A DNA stretch of 64,000 bases from the human T2T-CHM13v2.0 reference genome, Homo sapiens. The notes beneath the pieces were generated by a model. That model was not told where the DNA came from, did not search any database, and worked only from the letters and a program-made list of their open reading frames with translations. The first letter of the stretch is position 1, and the number at the start of each line of letters is the position of its first letter. The DNA is taken from assembly GCF_009914755.1 (NCBI RefSeq), contig NC_060947.1; one strand, 5' to 3'. Below are positions 13,940 to 28,654 of this stretch, one piece after another. The translations under genes and the position numbers were made by a program.

Positions 13940-14560
13940 CATTGTTCAACAAAGGATTATTGGCAACTGTCATGCACAAGGAAGGCTGCTGCTGTGCTAT
14001 GGTAAGTTCCCGCAATTAAGGAGTTGTGAGGGAAAATAACCAGAGGAAAGATAATGATGAGGGGAAATAAGATACAAAAACTATTATAAATGGGACGAGT
14101 AAGACTTGAAACTTGTTGCATTTAAACTGGGCCTCAAAATACGTGTAGGAGTTCTGCCTCAAAACATAGGTAAAAATAAGAGGTTGGATGGTCCTGGTAG
14201 AGAGTATTATAAAAGCAATGGCAGTGGAAAAGGACAGATAGGAGCACCTGTGTGGGGGTGAGGAGGGGATGGGATGAGGGGTATATTAAATGTGTGTGTG
14301 TTTAGCTGAAACATAAGTACTAGCAAGGGAGTTGTTAGGGACAGGTGAAACTCAAATGATGAACTGCAGCCAAATCATGGAGGGCTTTGAATGCTAGATT
14401 AAAGAGAGAGTTGGCAGACAATGGGGAGACACCAAAGGCTTTTGAGGAGGAGAGTGATATTCGTTTAATGAATTAGAAGATGTATCTGGTAGTGATGTGG
14501 AGGGTGATGGGAGTTTAATGAAGACTAAGGCAGGAAGACTACTACCTGGTTGTCGTTGCA
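13940..14560 (-). mobile_element. Diverged L2 fragment
   Basis: gccaaatcatggagggctttgaatgc and similar antisense L2 motifs. Confidence 0.55.
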
Positions 14561-16164
14561 GAGAAAATATCATGGAAAAAAAATTGAAATGTAATCCCAC
14601 AGCAATTAAAGTAGAACCTGAACTCCTAACATGCAAATGTCACTATCACCTCTTCCTATTTAGTATCCTCTATGTAGATGACTTATGAAGACCTAAATCA
14701 AAAACATAATGCTTTGCCAGGTTATTCTTTAGAATACAAAAGAGATCAATCAAATTCATAAAAAGCACAATTTTATTGTATATGTTTTACTGCTTGGATC
14801 GTCAATAACAGAGGGCATATAAAAAAACAAAATCAAGCATCTTTACTAGACTATGTAAAAGACACATGTGGTATCTTCCAAACATAAAAAAAAAAAATTT
14901 CAGACTTCAAAGCTAGCATTCTTCTATGACTCAGGTCATGAATAAAAACAGAAAAATAGTCCTAAGTACTGCTGTCCCACTTTATTTGATGGAGGCATTT
15001 TAGCTAAACTCTAAAGCTTGCTCTTGAATTAAAAAAAAATGAAATGAAAAAGAAAAAAGAGAGGCAGGAAATGTATTTCCATTGTTGTTCAGCAAAGCAG
15101 CTACACAATGCTGAAGGAAAAAAAAAGAATGACTTTAATATAAAAGTCTTGGATTCCGGCAAGCTTTGGATTATTCATACTGTTTGGCTCTGAGGGTCAC
15201 AGAGGGAACCATATGTCAGTAGCAGCATGCTGGATGCCATTTTTTTCAGGCCTAAACAAAAATATCACAAATAATTACTTTGAAGTTGTCTTTTTCCCTT
15301 TTCCCTTTTGCTCCTCAGCTGATGTCTTTTTTTCATTTTCATTTTTTTTGTCCTTACCAATTAGGTAAATATGAAGTATATGATTAGTCAACAGAATATA
15401 TTTTCAGAATGTAGTTCTTAGAAGTGATCATTTAACAGGCAACATGGTATATAAAAATAAAGAGTAAGGAGAGGAAAATAGCATCGTTTTAAACTTCTGG
15501 CATCTTAGTATGTTTATTTAATGGCATCCACTTTAAGAATCAAACATTATCATTGTCTTTTGCTTTCCTGTTATGGTTTTCAGCTCAACAAATTCCAGCT
15601 TCCTGATTTTGTCATACTAGGAATTCTGCTGCACTCACTCATCAGATCTATTTTTGGCATATGTATCCTGTTCTCCATCTCTAAGGGCATATTATCAAAT
15701 TCTTCAAACTGACTCAGGGTGTCTGGTGATTTCTCAGACAGTTTGAGCGACTCAATAGGACACAATCATTCCATTAACCGTGCTATAGAACAAAAAACAA
15801 GTTATATCCTTATTTTCTGTCTGGAGGTTAGCATTGCCATATTACTATGTCCATATTTTCTTCTGTGGATGTTTAACTATATTTTCAATGTTCATTAGAA
15901 CTGTTCCCCCAAATTATTAAATTCCCAGGGTTAATGCTCTTTTTATATAAAAAGAAGCCAGATATCCTTCATAACAGATCAAGGGCACTGCCTCTGTGAC
16001 AACAAGGCCTACCCTTTTTGTTGGGTTTTCCAGTAGTGGGAACGGGTTGTACTTGGTGGTCCCGTATGCCTCAAGAAATTTTGCACATATGTCCAAATGC
16101 TAAAACATGCGATCTCTTATCCAAACAGAAATACAATTGCATTTATTATTTTTAGTCATATAAA

Positions 16165-17155
16165 TTTATTCAACAAACATTTGCTGAGCACCTACTGAAT
16201 ACAACAGATTGATAGGCATACTGTAGAGAGGATACAATGATGCATGGGGCACGGCCCCTGCTCTCAAGAAACTTCTAATTTTTAGAGCATGAAGTGGGTG
16301 ATAGTATAAGGTGAGCGTACAAGTAACTATAACACAAGGTAGAATATGATGAGGACAATTAAGAAAATGTTCTAGAGGAGGGCAGATCATAAATGGTGGC
16401 TAGATCAGAAAAGGATTCAGGAAGAAGTAGCAGTGGAACTATGGAGTTTAATGGAGAGCATCTCAACAGGCAGAGATAAGAGACGAAATGATCTAGGTAA
16501 AGGAAATAGCATACACATAGGCATGGAGGCAAGAAAACACATGGCAAGATTGGAGAAAGGCAAGGGATTCAGTCTGATGGACCATAGAATGTACATGCTT
16601 TGGTGGTAGACAATATAAAACTGTAAGAGTGGGTTGAGGCCATATCATGGAGGACCTCAGCTAGACTGAGAAGTTCAGGGTTTATTTAGCGCACAATGGG
16701 GAGGTAATAAAAGCCTCCAAGAAGGAGAATGACTTACTGACTGTATTTATTTCTGCATCTGTTTATTTTCACCTCTCCACATTTCAAAAGGAATTTGAGG
16801 CAACTAACAAAAATACAATGTAATAGAATAAAAATATGTAAAGAGTCCAAGATGAATGGTTAAAATAATAATAAGATAGTCAAATGACATCAGGAGTAGG
16901 TTGTGTACAAAAATTTTTAAAGAAGATCCTGCACAATTATTAACAGTAAAGGATAGAGTCAGCTCTGAGTTTCTAATTCACCAAAGCAGAGACGGAGATG
17001 TAGTATGTGGACTAATGACACAATCAAAACTGTACTTCATGAAAGTCAATCTGGCAGTGGCAGGGAGGAGGAACTGGAGTGTGGACAAGGTAAGAGAAGG
17101 GTAGACTGTTCAGAAAGTTATTACAATAGCAAGAACCTTAACAAGGGTGATGACA
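16165..17155 (-). mobile_element. L2 (3' end at 16165), with an unassigned insert at ~16745-17010
   Basis: ttattcaacaaacatttgctgagcacctact...gccctgctctcaagaaactt...ggccatatcatggaggacc. Confidence 0.7.
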
Positions 17156-17876
17156 GGAAACTTTCTTACAGCATTTAGTTTATCTTAACAGAAGTCTAGC
17201 AAAGAGGATAAACTCATATCTTATTGGTCCAAAGCATGTTGCAAATGACAAACCCGAAAGAGGTATAAAACTCATTGGTGCTATTTTCTGTCTGCTACAG
17301 ATGTTTTCCCTAGGGTGCGTATGTTGCACAATTAATATCTTTTAAGAGATTCTTCCCTGACTGTCCCCAGGCAGTTGGCAGGTTAAAGTCCTTTGTGTCC
17401 TCTGTGTGCAACAATGACATCTTGAACAGTTAGACTGTGTGGTACCTTTCAGAGTGGACTACTCTTTTGCAGTCTGAACACTGGTTAGCCATTTAAGAAT
17501 AAATGTTCAGTTAATAACCAGTTTCTTTCAAAATAAATAAAGACTAAGCTTTTTTACCCCTTTTGTAGTGTTCACTTTCAGTATGATGATATGTGATGCT
17601 AGCAGCAGGAAAAAGAGATAGCTTGCAAAGGCAACTGCAGCTCCAAAATCACAAAAAAGGAAGTCAAAGTAGTAATGATACACATTCATTTCATTTTAGA
17701 ACGCCTGGCCAAGGCAGCAAGATCTACTTTAACAACAGCAGTTGTATCCTGTGGTGAAAGTACGTTACTCCCTGCTGAGTCTAAATTATTCAGAAGCAGG
17801 GGTAAGTAGAGAGGCGGAGTCATTATCTCTACTGATGGGGGCATGTTAAGCTTTCCAAGCAAGGTATCATTCAAAG

Positions 17877-17879
<3 letters not shown>

Positions 17880-17922
<43 letters not shown>
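17880..17922. repeat. (CA)n microsatellite, ~21 units
   Basis: Direct read. Confidence 0.98.
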
Positions 17923-17924
<2 letters not shown>

Positions 17925-18202
17925 TTCAAACATATATACATGTGTTTCAAAGTATATTCTATATTTTCAGCTACACTTTTGTCATCATATACTGCCAGAA
18001 GGACCCTCTCTTATTTAATCTTCACCTTCCTCCTGAATTACTCCATGGTTCCATTCTTCTTCTTTCCTTTCTTCCCACCACTTATCCTTCTGACCAAATA
18101 GCCTGCAAAAGGAATAGCTTTCAAATGGCTCTAATATCCCTACAGCTCTTTATTTCTGGTTAGCCACTGATCAGATGCTTTTATTTTTTTGTTGTGTAAT
18201 AT

Positions 18203-18280
18203 GAGACAGAAAGAAAGAGAATGTCACAGAGAGAGACAGAGAGAGAATGACACACAGAGAGCAAGAGAGAGAGAGAGAGA
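18203..18280. repeat. GA-rich low-complexity repeat
   Basis: Imperfect (GA)n tracts. Confidence 0.8.
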
Positions 18281-18314
18281 AGTAAATTATAAATTATAAA
18301 GCATAACAGTACAA

Positions 18315-18501
18315 CAGTGGTTCTCAAATTTCAGCATACATCAGAATCATCTGGAAAACATGTTACAACAAAGACTACTGAGCTCATCCCCAAAGTTTCT
18401 GATTCAGTAGGTCTCAGGGGAACCCCAAAATGTGCATTTTGAACAAGATCTCAGGTGATGCTGATGCCGGTGGCCTTGGGACCACACTTAGAATATCACT
18501 G
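18315..18501. mobile_element. MER5A, full length
   Basis: cagtggttctcaaa...gaccacacttagaatatcactg termini. Confidence 0.9.
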
Positions 18502-18669
18502 TACTAAAGTATTACTAAAAATGTTAAAACTACTGGGGGTTTCTTCCCAATCCCATGTTTCTTTCTCCCCTTGAGAGGCCATTACTATGCTTATTTTAAA
18601 GATCATTTCCTTGCTTTTTCAAAAACCCTAATTTTGTCATGTGTATGTCTCCCTAAACTATGATAAATA

Positions 18670-18815
18670 AATGGAGGTATATTCAGACCGCAGCGAAAAG
18701 GAATGAACTACAGCTACACACAATAACATGATGAATCTCAGAAACATAATTTCAGGTAAAAAAAAAAAAACAAGTTACTGAAGACTACACGTAGTACATG
18801 AGCATTTTTTAATGT
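18670..18815 (+). mobile_element. Old L1M 3' fragment
   Basis: aaggaatgaactacagctacacacaataacatgatgaatctcagaaacataat. Confidence 0.65.
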
Positions 18816-20314
18816 TTCAATGCTTTTCATTCCCAGTTCTGCTTGATGACTTCCCCAGAAAGCCTTTATGCTTTTCACAGGTAGGAAATTGAATGTGCTT
18901 CACAACTTCCTTCCAAGGATCTCTAAGCACAACACACCTTCTTATTTAATCTAAAGTTGGGAGGTTGGTAAGAAAAGACATTTCCTAATTTTTATAATAA
19001 AATAGAACTGTGAAGTACAGAAAGAAATTATCTGAGGGTAAATGTCGTTGGAAAAATAAAGCCTAAAATCCAAGATTCTTGGAGACTTTTGTTGATGCCA
19101 ATTAGTTTTATGTCTACAAGCAGTGGGATAGGATAATACAGTTAAAAAAAAAAAAGTTCTGGCTAGGAATTAGGAGAGGTGGATCCTAGTCCTGACCTTA
19201 CTGTGGAAAAGTCAATTCATTTCTCTGGGTCTGTTTCTTCATCTACAAAATGAGGAGATTGATGGCTTTGAAACTGTCTTCAAAGGAGACTAGGCATTCT
19301 TCAGAGATACATCTGGAACCACGCTGGGCAATCGGAGGATGAGCAGGTGGGAGGCATAAAGGACACATAACATTTGAGGCTCAGGGCTTCTCTCCCCTTC
19401 TATCTGAGCCATTGAACTTTTATCTGATTTACATATTCTAGACTACTGCAAAAGAATTCATTTGGAGAAATAATTCCACTGATTGAAAAATCAAAGTTTG
19501 TAAAACATGGAATTAAGAGATTTGTAAGGGCCCTTCTAGCTCTAAAGTCTCTTACTATTATAAACCTTTACTACCTTTCTCAAAGCAATCTATATCCCAC
19601 CACCACCACCAAAACTCTTTGATCTCAGTCTTGCTTTTCTCTTTAGAGAGACTTGAAATGTCAGCTCCCTCAACTTCCCATCTCAATACCAAACAACCTG
19701 TTCATTGCTGTACCCACCATCATCTTCTTTAATGTAGTCTCCGAATAAATCTCCTGATTTTCCTGTATCAGTGAATAACACCCTTTTCTAGTCCATTATC
19801 CACATTGATGCCAGAGTGTTTTTTTGGAATAAAGCAGAGTGAAGGAATTACAGGTACGCAGCTGACTCAGAGTTGAGATCATAGATATATTTCTATCCCT
19901 TATCTTTGCTGTTAATCCTCATGAATCCCCATAATCAAGGTGGGAGTTAAAGCTAATTAATCAGTGATGTCATTACATACTTTTTACTTACCTGTGTAAT
20001 AATAAAGCAATCCAGTAGCTATCTTCTAGTACCGTTTTCCCTGAAAAAAACCATATAGTTACCAAAATTTCTTACTGGAAAATTTCTTCCAAGATCTTTG
20101 AATACTAAGATATAACTCATAAATTACAAATAAGTGATAGTGGATTGAAATAATAAAAGGCACTGATTCTCCTCTTTAGGGTAGTTGTAATCTGCGAATT
20201 TCTCCAAATATATGCCTTGGACAACTACCATCCCCCCCAATATAAGATCAGAGACCCTGTATGATAATATCCTGGATCAATGTTGCTTTGCTCTAACAAA
20301 TTATCATCATTGGT

Positions 20315-21350
20315 TATTTTATTTAACAAGTATTTATTGAGCACTTGCACTGTGTTAGGTACTGTTCTGAGCATGAAAGATTCAGTCGTGAGCCAAACAA
20401 TACACTGTGCTTTTTATTCTGTTTTCTTGGCAAGATTCATTCTCACTCCTCTGTCCACTGTTGCCTAAGAGGCTGACCCCTAAGAACTGGTTCACCTGGG
20501 CTCCTTGCCAGCTGGTTTCTCCCTGGGTTTTCATAACAGGAGGCATCGGTAGGAGAATGGCATAAATGAGAAGAGTCGGCCATTTCTTCTCCCGCTTCTC
20601 CTTACTGCCAGCGCCATGTCTTTCTCTGTCAGCAGTAGAGTCCCTTTAGCAAGACATCTTCTTTCAGGCAATCCGTCCTTCCCAGCTCCAGCTCTCACTG
20701 GGCTTCAGTAACATTCTTTCTTCCTCTCTCCCTATCAAGTCTAGTTTCAATATACCTTATTTCCTTAACCCTGCCCAAACTTACTACTGTAAGTAATTCT
20801 TTAAAATCTCTTTATTTGAACTATCTAAAATGATTTCTGTTTCCTCCAAAAACCCTGACATTATACAGTCTCTGAATTTACATATCTCAAATTTTATTCT
20901 CCCCTCCTTCTAGGGGGAAGAAAGAGATAACGTCAAGTATACAATGTATAATGAAATATTATAGCAATATGTGCTAAGAAGAAACAGTGAAGATGGATAA
21001 GAGTAATTGGGGTGGGAGAGGTGGAGATAAACTATTTTAACAGATAGTAGAATGGAAATGTATCTAAAGAAGTAACATTTTAACACAGATTTGAATAAAA
21101 TGATGGAATTAATCATATGGGTATTTAGAACATTCAGAACAGAGGAAACAGCAAGTGTAAAGGCCTTGAGGTGGGAAGTTACTTGGCAGGTTGGAGGAAC
21201 AGCTAGAAGGTCAGTGGGGCTATTTGATCCTATTGACTTTATTTACGTTCAATCCTTCTAAAAATATTCATTTATCGTCTATTATGTTTCAGGCACTGTT
21301 CTGGAGAACTGAGATGACAACCATAGTCTCTGCCTTCATGGAGCTAGCAG
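20315..21350 (-). mobile_element. L2 fragments interrupted by an LTR
   Basis: tttaacaagtatttattgagcacttgcactgtgttagg; gaggaaacagcaagtgtaaaggccttgagg. Confidence 0.65.
20405..20867 (+). mobile_element. LTR33-like ERVL solo LTR
   Basis: gaggctgacccct...gggctccttgcc...ccttaaccctgccc...tctgtttcct...accctgac..taca. Confidence 0.65.
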
Positions 21351-21574
21351 AAACAGTAAAGATATCCTTTCTTCTACTTAAATTAGAAAAGAGGAAAAAG
21401 TATACTTAGCATTTGGATTTCTAGAAGGTAGGAAAGCCAGATACTTCCATGAACCTTGTTCCAATGTTTACAAGTCAAATTCAAGTTCCACTCATTCATT
21501 AAATTACACATTCAACAGTCACAGGCTACTAAAATGTTTAAAGACACTTACCAAAAAAAAAAAAACAAAACATA

Positions 21575-21775
21575 CAGCCTTGGCAACATAGCAAGACCAT
21601 GTCTCTGTATATATTTTTAAAATTAGCCATGCATGGCGGTACACATCTATAGTCCCAGCTGAGGTGGAAGGATCGCTTGAGCCCAGGAGATCAAAGCCGC
21701 AGTGAGCTATTATCACACCATAGTACTGCAGCCTGGGCAACATAGCAAGACCCTGTCTCCAATATATATATATTT
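21575..21775 (+). mobile_element. AluJ, 5'-truncated
   Basis: Partial left arm and right arm with AluJ-type gatcgcttgagcccagg. Confidence 0.85.
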
Positions 21776-22154
21776 TAAAATAAAATTGCTACTGTATGAT
21801 AGCAAAGTATGCAGTATTGGTAACCCAGTTTGGAAATATAAGGAGAAATTGGAGGATGTCCCTTAGAGACCTAATTTTTTTAATTTTATGATGAAGTACA
21901 AACATAATAAAAGATAGAAAATAAGTCCTAGAAAAAGAAGATTAAAATAACATACATATATACATCCATATACATATAACATGAGAATGAGAGAAAAAGA
22001 GAAATGGTATTGAAGTCACGTATTAGAGGAATTCCTTCAATATTGAGAGTGACAAATCTTAGAGTGGACCATGGAAGCCTCTGTCTCCTGATTTCACTTA
22101 GACATCTATCTGTCTTGAATGAAATACACGCAGATGCACATGAAGAAAACTAAT

Positions 22155-22340
22155 ACATTCAGGCAAACAACATGTATCAAGTACCTACTGTGTGCCAACC
22201 ACTCTGCACAGCCTAAGGGGAATGCAAAAGATAAGTGAGCTATAGTCTCAGTCCTTAATGTGCCTATACTCTAATTATAGAGACAAGACAAACACACAAC
22301 AAGGATTGACAAATGTAAGAAAAAAATAGTTCTAATAAGG
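22155..22340 (-). mobile_element. L2 fragment
   Basis: tatcaagtacctactgtgtgccaaccact. Confidence 0.6.
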
Positions 22341-23634
22341 CACAAATCTAAGTTGTCTAGCTCTAAACAAACGTTTAGTCAGATAACCCATGTTTTAAAG
22401 ATACTCCATTAAAACTGTACTTTAGAAAAAGATGGATACATGCATTTGTGGAGGGGGTTACAGTCAGCATCGATCTCCTCAGCTATTGCATGTCAAATTC
22501 CCATGAGGTTATCTTTCCCTCTACTTTGTGTGAATTCTGCACAGAGCCCACAGCAGAGAAGAAAATTTAGTAACACACACTTTCAGGAATTTTTAATCTC
22601 TCAGTATTGCTGCATTAATTTTCAAGACCTTTTTTCTACACATTGCTCAGCAACAGATTAAATACATTGAAAACATATAATGTCCCAGGAGGTCCAAATT
22701 CTGTCTTAAGAATATCTGTAGTAACAGTGAACAACATTCAATATTCTTCACAAAGAATTACCAATTGGTCCACCCAACTGAGAACTGAAGACTGATGCAA
22801 ATAGGATTGTTTTAAAAATCTTTGTTGGGAGAGCAATTTTCACAATGCTTTAACAGTCCTACATGACCACATTCACCCACATCCTAGCATCTACTATAGT
22901 ATAGCTCTGTGTTTTGTTTTTGATTCTATGTAGTTATTTCCTCTAAAAATTTACCTTTCTGGTTACATTTTGTCTAATCTAGATAGTCAACTAAGTGGAA
23001 GTTTCCAAAGACCACAAAATAGATAGAGGGAAAGGTGAGACTAGGTAACAAGGGAAAGCTAGTCAGTGATGAAATTTAAAATACATCACGGGGTGTGAAT
23101 TATCTATACATAGATAATCAGAAGCTGACTGTATCTTCCAAAATTCCTTTCATTCCTGGGCTTACACAGCAGCTGTGTATTTCTATATCCTTCTCTGCTC
23201 TGTACTGCCAACCCCAGTCAACCAAAGCAATTATCATAGCCCTTCACTTGCTTCAGGAGATACCATCACCAATTATCTGAAATATCTGCACCAAGCTTGG
23301 TCATAACCTCTTAGTTACAGATTATTTACCACATTTTGGACTTGATCTTTTAAAAATAATAATACTTCTAAGGCTTGACGCCTTCACTGCTGCATTTTCA
23401 AAGTTGCTTAAAAATGAATTATTATCTCCATGTGTCAATCCATCAATTCCAAACTATGATTTACATAATAAAAATACCAAGTTGTGCAAGTCCCAGAGTT
23501 CCTATACAATGTCTCTACCAAGGAAAAGCAGCAAAAAAGACTTTAACGCTTTTTATTAAACATAAAATAAATAGTTGTTCAAATCCACTTAGCCAATACA
23601 GGGGCTACCCAAGAATATTTATGAACATGTTGTA

Positions 23635-23915
23635 CTAATCACTTCTACTAAGCACCTATTATGCACATAGCAGTTTTTCAGACACTATGGAAGATGCAAA
23701 ACATAAAAATAAGACAGAGAATTCCTGCTCTACATGAGCTTATTATTTAGAATGAGATCTAAGATAGACACATGTAAAAGAGAAGAATAAAACTGTCTGA
23801 TAATACATTCCAAATTGTATATAAAATGCCAGAGTACAAAGGGAGAAATCAACTGAGATAAACATAATTAGGGAAAATTCCTTGAAGTAGATGACTTTTG
23901 AACTAGAGTTTTACT
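23635..23915 (-). mobile_element. L2 fragment
   Basis: actaagcacctattatg...aattcctgctctacatgagctt. Confidence 0.55.
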
Positions 23916-26216
23916 TATTTGAGAAAATCTGCCCCAACAGTTTTTGAAAAAGTAAACTTTCAGCTTGATGGGATTTGGGAACTAGATGAAAACAATTGAA
24001 TCTCTTTGTTTATAAGAAAAAAGAGGGACAAAAGACATTCATCACCTCTGCAGGGGGAAGAAAAATTATACTTCATCTTTAGACACACCCTGCTCCAGAA
24101 TATGATTCATATCTTTTACCATGGAATAGTCTGTTTTGCCTTGCATTGTTCTACCAAATGATAGAGTAAGATGATAAAGCATTTCATCTGAGGATGCAAA
24201 ACAGTGACAGGTTAGATTATACGTTAAGGTTATTGGGATACAAATGTGATGGCTCAAGGCACCCTTTTTAGGAATAGAAAACTGATGATCCTTTATGTTT
24301 CTTGTAGGAAGCAGCAGTTTTGAGCACATAAGTCTTAGCCAGCCCTAGTCAAAAGACACGGGGTCCTATTATTTTAAAAAAAGTTCCTTGTTTCTTGCCC
24401 AGCTCTTCTGGGGTCTATTAACAAAGAAGATTCATCTCTGGCCTCACACACTGCTCTACTTTGAAAGCATTTGAAAAATTATTCTATATGATATTCTTGC
24501 CTTTTCACAGAGGAAAAAGTCACCTATCTGATTCAACCAACCATCTAATAATTAGAGCTGACCTGTTAGTCACTATAAGATATGATTATGTCCAAAGGAG
24601 TAGTTGCCTTTCTGACAAACAATGACAATCTGCATTTATTTGAAATCGGAGACATAAATCTGCTGTTCTTGGTATTACAGAACGATTTTTCTTTGCTCCA
24701 TCTTTATCCAGGGCCAGATTTCCCAAATTTAGAAAGAAGCTTAGACTCTAAAGCAAAATAATGTTTTTGAATTGCCAGAAGCTGCCTGTTAATTTTTCCC
24801 ATGTTCTTATAAATTCAATTAAAAGCTGAAGCTTAGATCAAATTAAAATGGCTTGCTTCATTATCAAACATTCAGCCATCCAGCTGTTCACAAAATTAGC
24901 GTTAATGCATTTCATGTACAATAGTGTTTTCTAATGTTCTCTGTAGGTTCCCTCACGTCTGTAGTCAATTAATTACTTGTTATGTATGTGCTTATGGCAG
25001 CCCGGCTTCCTGTTTCCCACTACTTCTTCCACTTCCACAAAGTCCTGCAACACTTAAATCCTGACATTCATGAATCATAACTAAATGCAATATCCTTTCT
25101 TTTCTTTTCGCTGGAAGCACGTCTCATACTAGAAGGTAGAGAAGTCTAACACTCTAAAAGACTTGAATAGAATTCTTCTCCCTTATCAAACATTACAATC
25201 ACAATACATCTACCAGTATATGTCTACCATGGCAGATACTTGGCATTTTGACAAAAAGTGAGGCGTCAAATGTGAACGAGGAACACGGCAAGATATACTG
25301 CTTCTTTTAGCTGAAGATTTTAAAAAACTAGATATGAGCGTATTAGTATTTGTTTTTATTTTCAGAATAATTAAAAATAAGTGCTTTGAATGCTATCTGA
25401 AGATGTATAACTACCTGGTAGGAAGAACCATTCTACTCAATCAGTAACCAGTAATCATTATTAATGCACAGTAAATTGCTATTGCTGAGACAGATCCATG
25501 TAGGTGAGAAAATTAGTCAAAAAGGAATGAAATTATTATTAACAAAAAATCGAACCTGATTCAATTATCAGCAAAATTCAATGAGGTGAAAATTATCTTT
25601 TGCAAACTGAGTACAATTTAAACTGCTTCTCTTCCTCATAATAATGCCTTCCTGAATTTCTATATTTCTATAGCTTTTTGGATCACCTGAGTCCTTGTGA
25701 GCCTGCCTTGGAATTTTAGGCTACCTGGTACCTGTTTCAAGCTAACAGATATTATTCCTGCTCCAACAACTACACACCCACGCATATTTCACCAGCTTCA
25801 ATCATCACTCGTTTAACTAAATGAATATGTTATGCCCATTTCAAACCACCTATACATATTCACACTCAGCAGAGAACAAACTAGCCAGAGAAGAAAACAA
25901 GAAAAGGGACATTTCAGACAAGGGGACTAGCAAGAGCAAAGTCATGAAGCAGAAAATATCAAGCTATGTGCAGAGAGCTACAATCATTGCCAGAAGTGCA
26001 AATTGAGGTTCGTCAAGGGAGGGGGCATCTTTATTGATTTCAGTTACATGCCACATGAGCAAATATGCAGATTACATGAATATTTTATGGTAACAGTGAG
26101 TCAATAAGTCCAAGCTTGGCACCTCGGCACATGAGTATTAAAGATGACTGATGTATAAGTTAAATGAATGTGAAGTTTTATCCATACCTAATTGCCCTTT
26201 CATCAATAAACTTTCC

Positions 26217-26384
<168 letters not shown>

Positions 26385-26947
26385 ATAAACTTTCAGAATG
26401 TCCCAGTTTCAACATGTAACATCAGTTTTATTAAACCTGTACGTTCAAATTTATATGAATTAATTACATTCATCTTTTATGATTAATGACCCAAACTTTC
26501 TAACATGGTGTTTTTCAAACCATAAACTATAGACACATATCAGAAATCTCACTTGATGCATTTAAACGTAGATTCTTGGAATTCAAGTCATATCACTGAA
26601 TTAGAGTAGAGCCTAAGAATCTGCATTTTGACAGACACCTCCAGCTGATTCACATCCACAGTGAAGTCTAGCCATTTCACTAACATGACACCTGTCTGTG
26701 GTGAGTTACACAAGAGTAACTGCTGGCAGAAGTTTAGTGCATAGTGTCTCACACCTGGCTAAGTGCTGTGTCAGTGTTTGCCAAGGCATATTCCTCAGAG
26801 CCCTGCTTGCTGGGGATGCTCTAAAAAAATATTTCTCTGGTCAAATACTTCTGTGATACCACCAAGTTATATATTCCTCTTAGAGAGTCCCAGTGAGTAT
26901 TAACATATTAAAGGTGCTGCAAAGTCCTGCATTAAAAGGAAAACTTC

Positions 26948-27544
<597 letters not shown>

Positions 27545-27909
27545 TAAAAAATCTTGTTTAACTCAGCATTTCTCAAACTTACTTGAGTATGAAACCCTTT
27601 ATTTTAATGACCCTATTCATGTATTCATATGAAATGAGTACATTAGTAGCAGTAATGGAAATCTGGGCTCTAATGTTTCACTATTAAATATGGAGTTGGC
27701 ATTTATTTATCAGATTATTGAATTATTTTTCCATTTCTATTTTATTATTTTTTTTTTTTTTACAAATCAGAAATATATGCAACAGAACAACTGATTGTGA
27801 TAAAGAGTAAAAAAAAAAAAAACTGAGAACCAACAAAAATACGTGTAGATTCCATGTGGGTGTTTTTCAAGAAACTGTTCAGTTTATTAATGCTATTATT
27901 AATTAACTA

Positions 27910-28118
27910 TTTTTTTTTTTTTTGAGACAAGGTCTCACTCTGTCGCCCAGGCTGGAGTGTAGTGATATGATTACAGTTCACTGCAGCCTCGACCTTCCCG
28001 GGCTCAGGTGATCCTCCCACCTCAGCCTCTTGGGTAGCTGGGACTACAGGTGCACATCACCACGCTGGGCTAATTTTTGTATTTTTTGTAGAGACAGGGT
28101 TTTGCCATGTTGCCCAGA
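27910..28118 (-). mobile_element. AluJ, 5'-truncated
   Basis: Right arm plus part of left arm, antisense. Confidence 0.88.
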
Positions 28119-28132
28119 TTGAAATGTTATTA

Positions 28133-28654
<522 letters not shown>

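Noticed and set aside
17575-17660. ATGATGA as a C/D snoRNA box C
   Set aside because: No box D (CTGA) at a suitable distance and no terminal stem.
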